A DNA stretch of 64,000 nt, from the NCBI GenBank assembly GCA_963845755.1, contig CAWJTV010000027.1:64001-128000 (forward strand). Direction: 5' to 3'. Source of the stretch: an uncultured Planctomycetota bacterium (GTDB taxonomy: Bacteria; Planctomycetota; Planctomycetia; Isosphaerales; Isosphaeraceae). Positions 62,294 to 64,000 of the stretch are shown here, in pieces. A program made the translations under genes and the position numbers. The first letter of the stretch is position 1. The number at the start of each line of letters is the position of its first letter. The notes below the pieces were generated by a model, which was not told the DNA's origin, searched no databases, and was given only the letters and a program-made list of their open reading frames with translations.

Positions 62294-62670
62294 GGCCGTT
62301 TGGCCCTCCCCGTTAGAGCCGGCGTGCGGACAAGAGGTCCGCACCATGCCACAATTGGGGGCCTCTCCGTACGATCGCCCCGAAATACAACGCCGCTTGC
62401 CCGGAAGCGCAGCAGTTCGCGATCCGGTCTCAGCGGTCCACCGAGCCGAAAATCAAAAGATCGATTGGGGGAAAACCGACCTGGAAACGATCGGTCGAGG
62501 GGGGTCGAGACGATTCAGAGTGCTTTCTGTCCGGTTGTCAGCGCCGGTGACCCAAGATGTCCCTCAGCAAATTGTATTCCCCAACCCCGTAAGTGGCCAA
62601 GAGCAATGCGCAGTCCGTTTCCTGTTTTCATCAGCGTCGATCTTCGCAGAATCGGCCCGTTCCTGTCGGC

Positions 62671-63351
62671 TCAGCCCTGGTCCGGCCCAGGCCGTGCTTC
62701 CTGGACGCCCTGCCAGAACTCCAGGTACTTCTCGCGGACGTAAGGATTGAGCTCTTCGGCGAGCTCGGCGGGAAGGCGACGTTTCTCGATCAAGGCGACC
62801 ACGTCAACGAAGTCCTTCATGCGGTGGATCCCACCAGTCATTCCGGACGCCAGTTTCAACTCGACGAGCTTGGGCAGAGACAGGACGCGGATGCCATCGA
62901 TAATCACGCTGGCCTGTTCCGGTTGCGGAAAGGCGACGGATTTCGGCTTGCCGTCACCCGGGAATTCTCCCGCGATGAGAAACTCAATCCGGACTCCATA
63001 TTCCGAATCGCGGAGGTTCTTGCTGCTGGCGAATGGAGGAACGTAACCAAGACCTTCCAGGCGAGCATGGATGGTCTTGAGGCCATCGCGGCTGACCAAG
63101 ATGTCCACGTCTTCGGTGAATCGACGATGACCGTGCTTGAACAGTGCCATGCCGCCACAAACAGCGTACGGGATCTCAAGCTCCTCGAGACGTCGCGCAA
63201 TCTTTTGAAGCGTCTCCTGGACGGCACTCTTCTCCTCGAAATAACGGCTCCCCTCGCTCAAAGCCCACCTCCCATCGCGATCGAGAAGTTCTTCGTAAAC
63301 GGGAGTACTCGTTCCGAGAGACTGGGCAGATTCCATGGCGTGCATCCCCAT
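62671..63351 (-). CDS. Nucleotidyltransferase-fold protein (DUF6036/AbiEii-like)
   Basis: 'IPYAVCGGMAL..HG..RFTEDVDILV' (GG...DxD) and 'LVELKLASG...R.KD..DV..L'. Confidence 0.8.
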   Translation of the reverse strand: MGMHAMESAQSLGTSTPVYEELLDRDGRWALSEGSRYFEEKSAVQETLQKIARRLEELEIPYAVCGGMALFKHGHRRFTEDVDILVSRDGLKTIHARLEGLGYVPPFASSKNLRDSEYGVRIEFLIAGEFPGDGKPKSVAFPQPEQASVIIDGIRVLSLPKLVELKLASGMTGGIHRMKDFVDVVALIEKRRLPAELAEELNPYVREKYLEFWQGVQEARPGPDQG

Positions 63352-63362
63352 CCGCGGCGGCT

Positions 63363-63396
63363 GGGATCAGTCCCCAGAAAACTGGAGACTGATCCC
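63363..63396. repeat. Intergenic hairpin (REP-like or terminator-like)
   Basis: GGGATCAGTCCCCAG-AAAA-CTGGAGACTGATCCC forms a 15-bp stem with one mismatch, just downstream of prkA. Confidence 0.6.
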
Positions 63397-63422
63397 CCCG
63401 GCCGGGTTCACAGGTTCGCGTC

Positions 63423-64000
63423 TCAATGGCTGCCGCGCTTGACGTCGCCGCGGGCGAAGATGCTGGCGACGTAGTTCAAGACGTCGGTCGCCGAATCCTC
63501 GTCGTAGCCGTAATTGCGGATCAAGCGGGCCTTGACGATGTCGATCTTCTCCTGGGTGTCCTTGTCCACGACGCTGGACACCAGGCTGGTGAGCTTGATG
63601 GTGTCCTTCTGGTCCTGGAACAGCTTGAGCTCCAGCGCCTTCTGGAGCCGCTCGTTGGTGCGGTAGTCGAACTTCTTGCCGTCGAGCGAGAGGGCGCCGA
63701 TGTAGTTCATGATCTCGCGGCGGAAGTCGTCCTTGCGGCTCTCGGGGATGTCGATCTTCTCCTCGATGGACCGCATCAGCCGCTCGTCGGGTTCCTCGGT
63801 CTGGCCGGTGTACTTGTTCTTGACCTTCTCCCGCTGGGTGTACGCCTTGACGTTGTCGATGTAGTTGCCGCAGAGGCGGGTCAAGGCGTCCTCGTCGGCG
63901 GCGATGGTGCGCTGCACCTCGTTCTTCACGATGTCCTCGTATTCCTCCTTCACCAGGGAGAGCAGGTGCCGGTAGTGCTTCCGCAACTCCTCGCTGTTGA
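63423..64000 (-). CDS. prkA: PrkA/YeaG family serine kinase (AAA+), C-terminal part; 5' end outside the window
   Basis: 'YIDNVKAY...[15 protein letters not shown]...KDDFRREI...[11 protein letters not shown]...LIRNYGY...A..VL.YV', upstream of DUF444 and spoVR. Confidence 0.92.
   Translation of the reverse strand, partial: NSEELRKHYRHLLSLVKEEYEDIVKNEVQRTIAADEDALTRLCGNYIDNVKAYTQREKVKNKYTGQTEEPDERLMRSIEEKIDIPESRKDDFRREIMNYIGALSLDGKKFDYRTNERLQKALELKLFQDQKDTIKLTSLVSSVVDKDTQEKIDIVKARLIRNYGYDEDSATDVLNYVASIFARGDVKRGSH

Noticed and set aside
57560..64000. Evidence of sporulation
   Set aside because: The prkA/DUF444/spoVR module is widespread in non-sporulating bacteria.

Overview
GC-rich bacterial DNA, very probably from a planctomycete of the Isosphaeraceae/Gemmatales type. 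Evidence: 'LExRxLL' planctomycete export signatures, an ECF sigma factor/Ser-Thr kinase pair, several eukaryote-like kinases, a PEP-CTERM protein and two TIGR03032-like genes. At least 14 otherwise intact genes are split by single-base frameshifts, which points to long-read consensus errors rather than mass pseudogenisation. Ordinary content: GT2 glycosyltransferase, trpC, nitrilase, M28 peptidase, aldo/keto reductase, DcuC-like transporter, multiheme cytochrome c, a prkA-DUF444-spoVR operon with inserted accessory genes, and an ECF-kinase module upstream of secreted proteins (PEP-CTERM, beta-helix, giant S53 protease). Most notable: (1) an operon encoding a TPM-domain membrane coiled-coil protein, PspA/IM30 (ESCRT-III superfamily), a classical-clade AAA+ ATPase and a small helical protein, a candidate bacterial ESCRT-III/ATPase remodelling system; (2) a pro-domain-less protein-glutaminase gene followed by a gene resembling two tandem glutaminase pro-domains, a candidate enzyme/trans-inhibitor or toxin/immunity pair; (3) a GxxExxY nuclease gene bracketed by a perfect 26-bp inverted repeat and lying inside the PspA operon; (4) a ~110-bp structured element duplicated upstream of two secreted-protein genes; (5) a candidate unannotated RelE-like toxin-antitoxin pair beside a decayed VapBC pair. 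No rRNA, tRNA or CRISPR array was seen. All family assignments are by eye from motifs; no database search was run.
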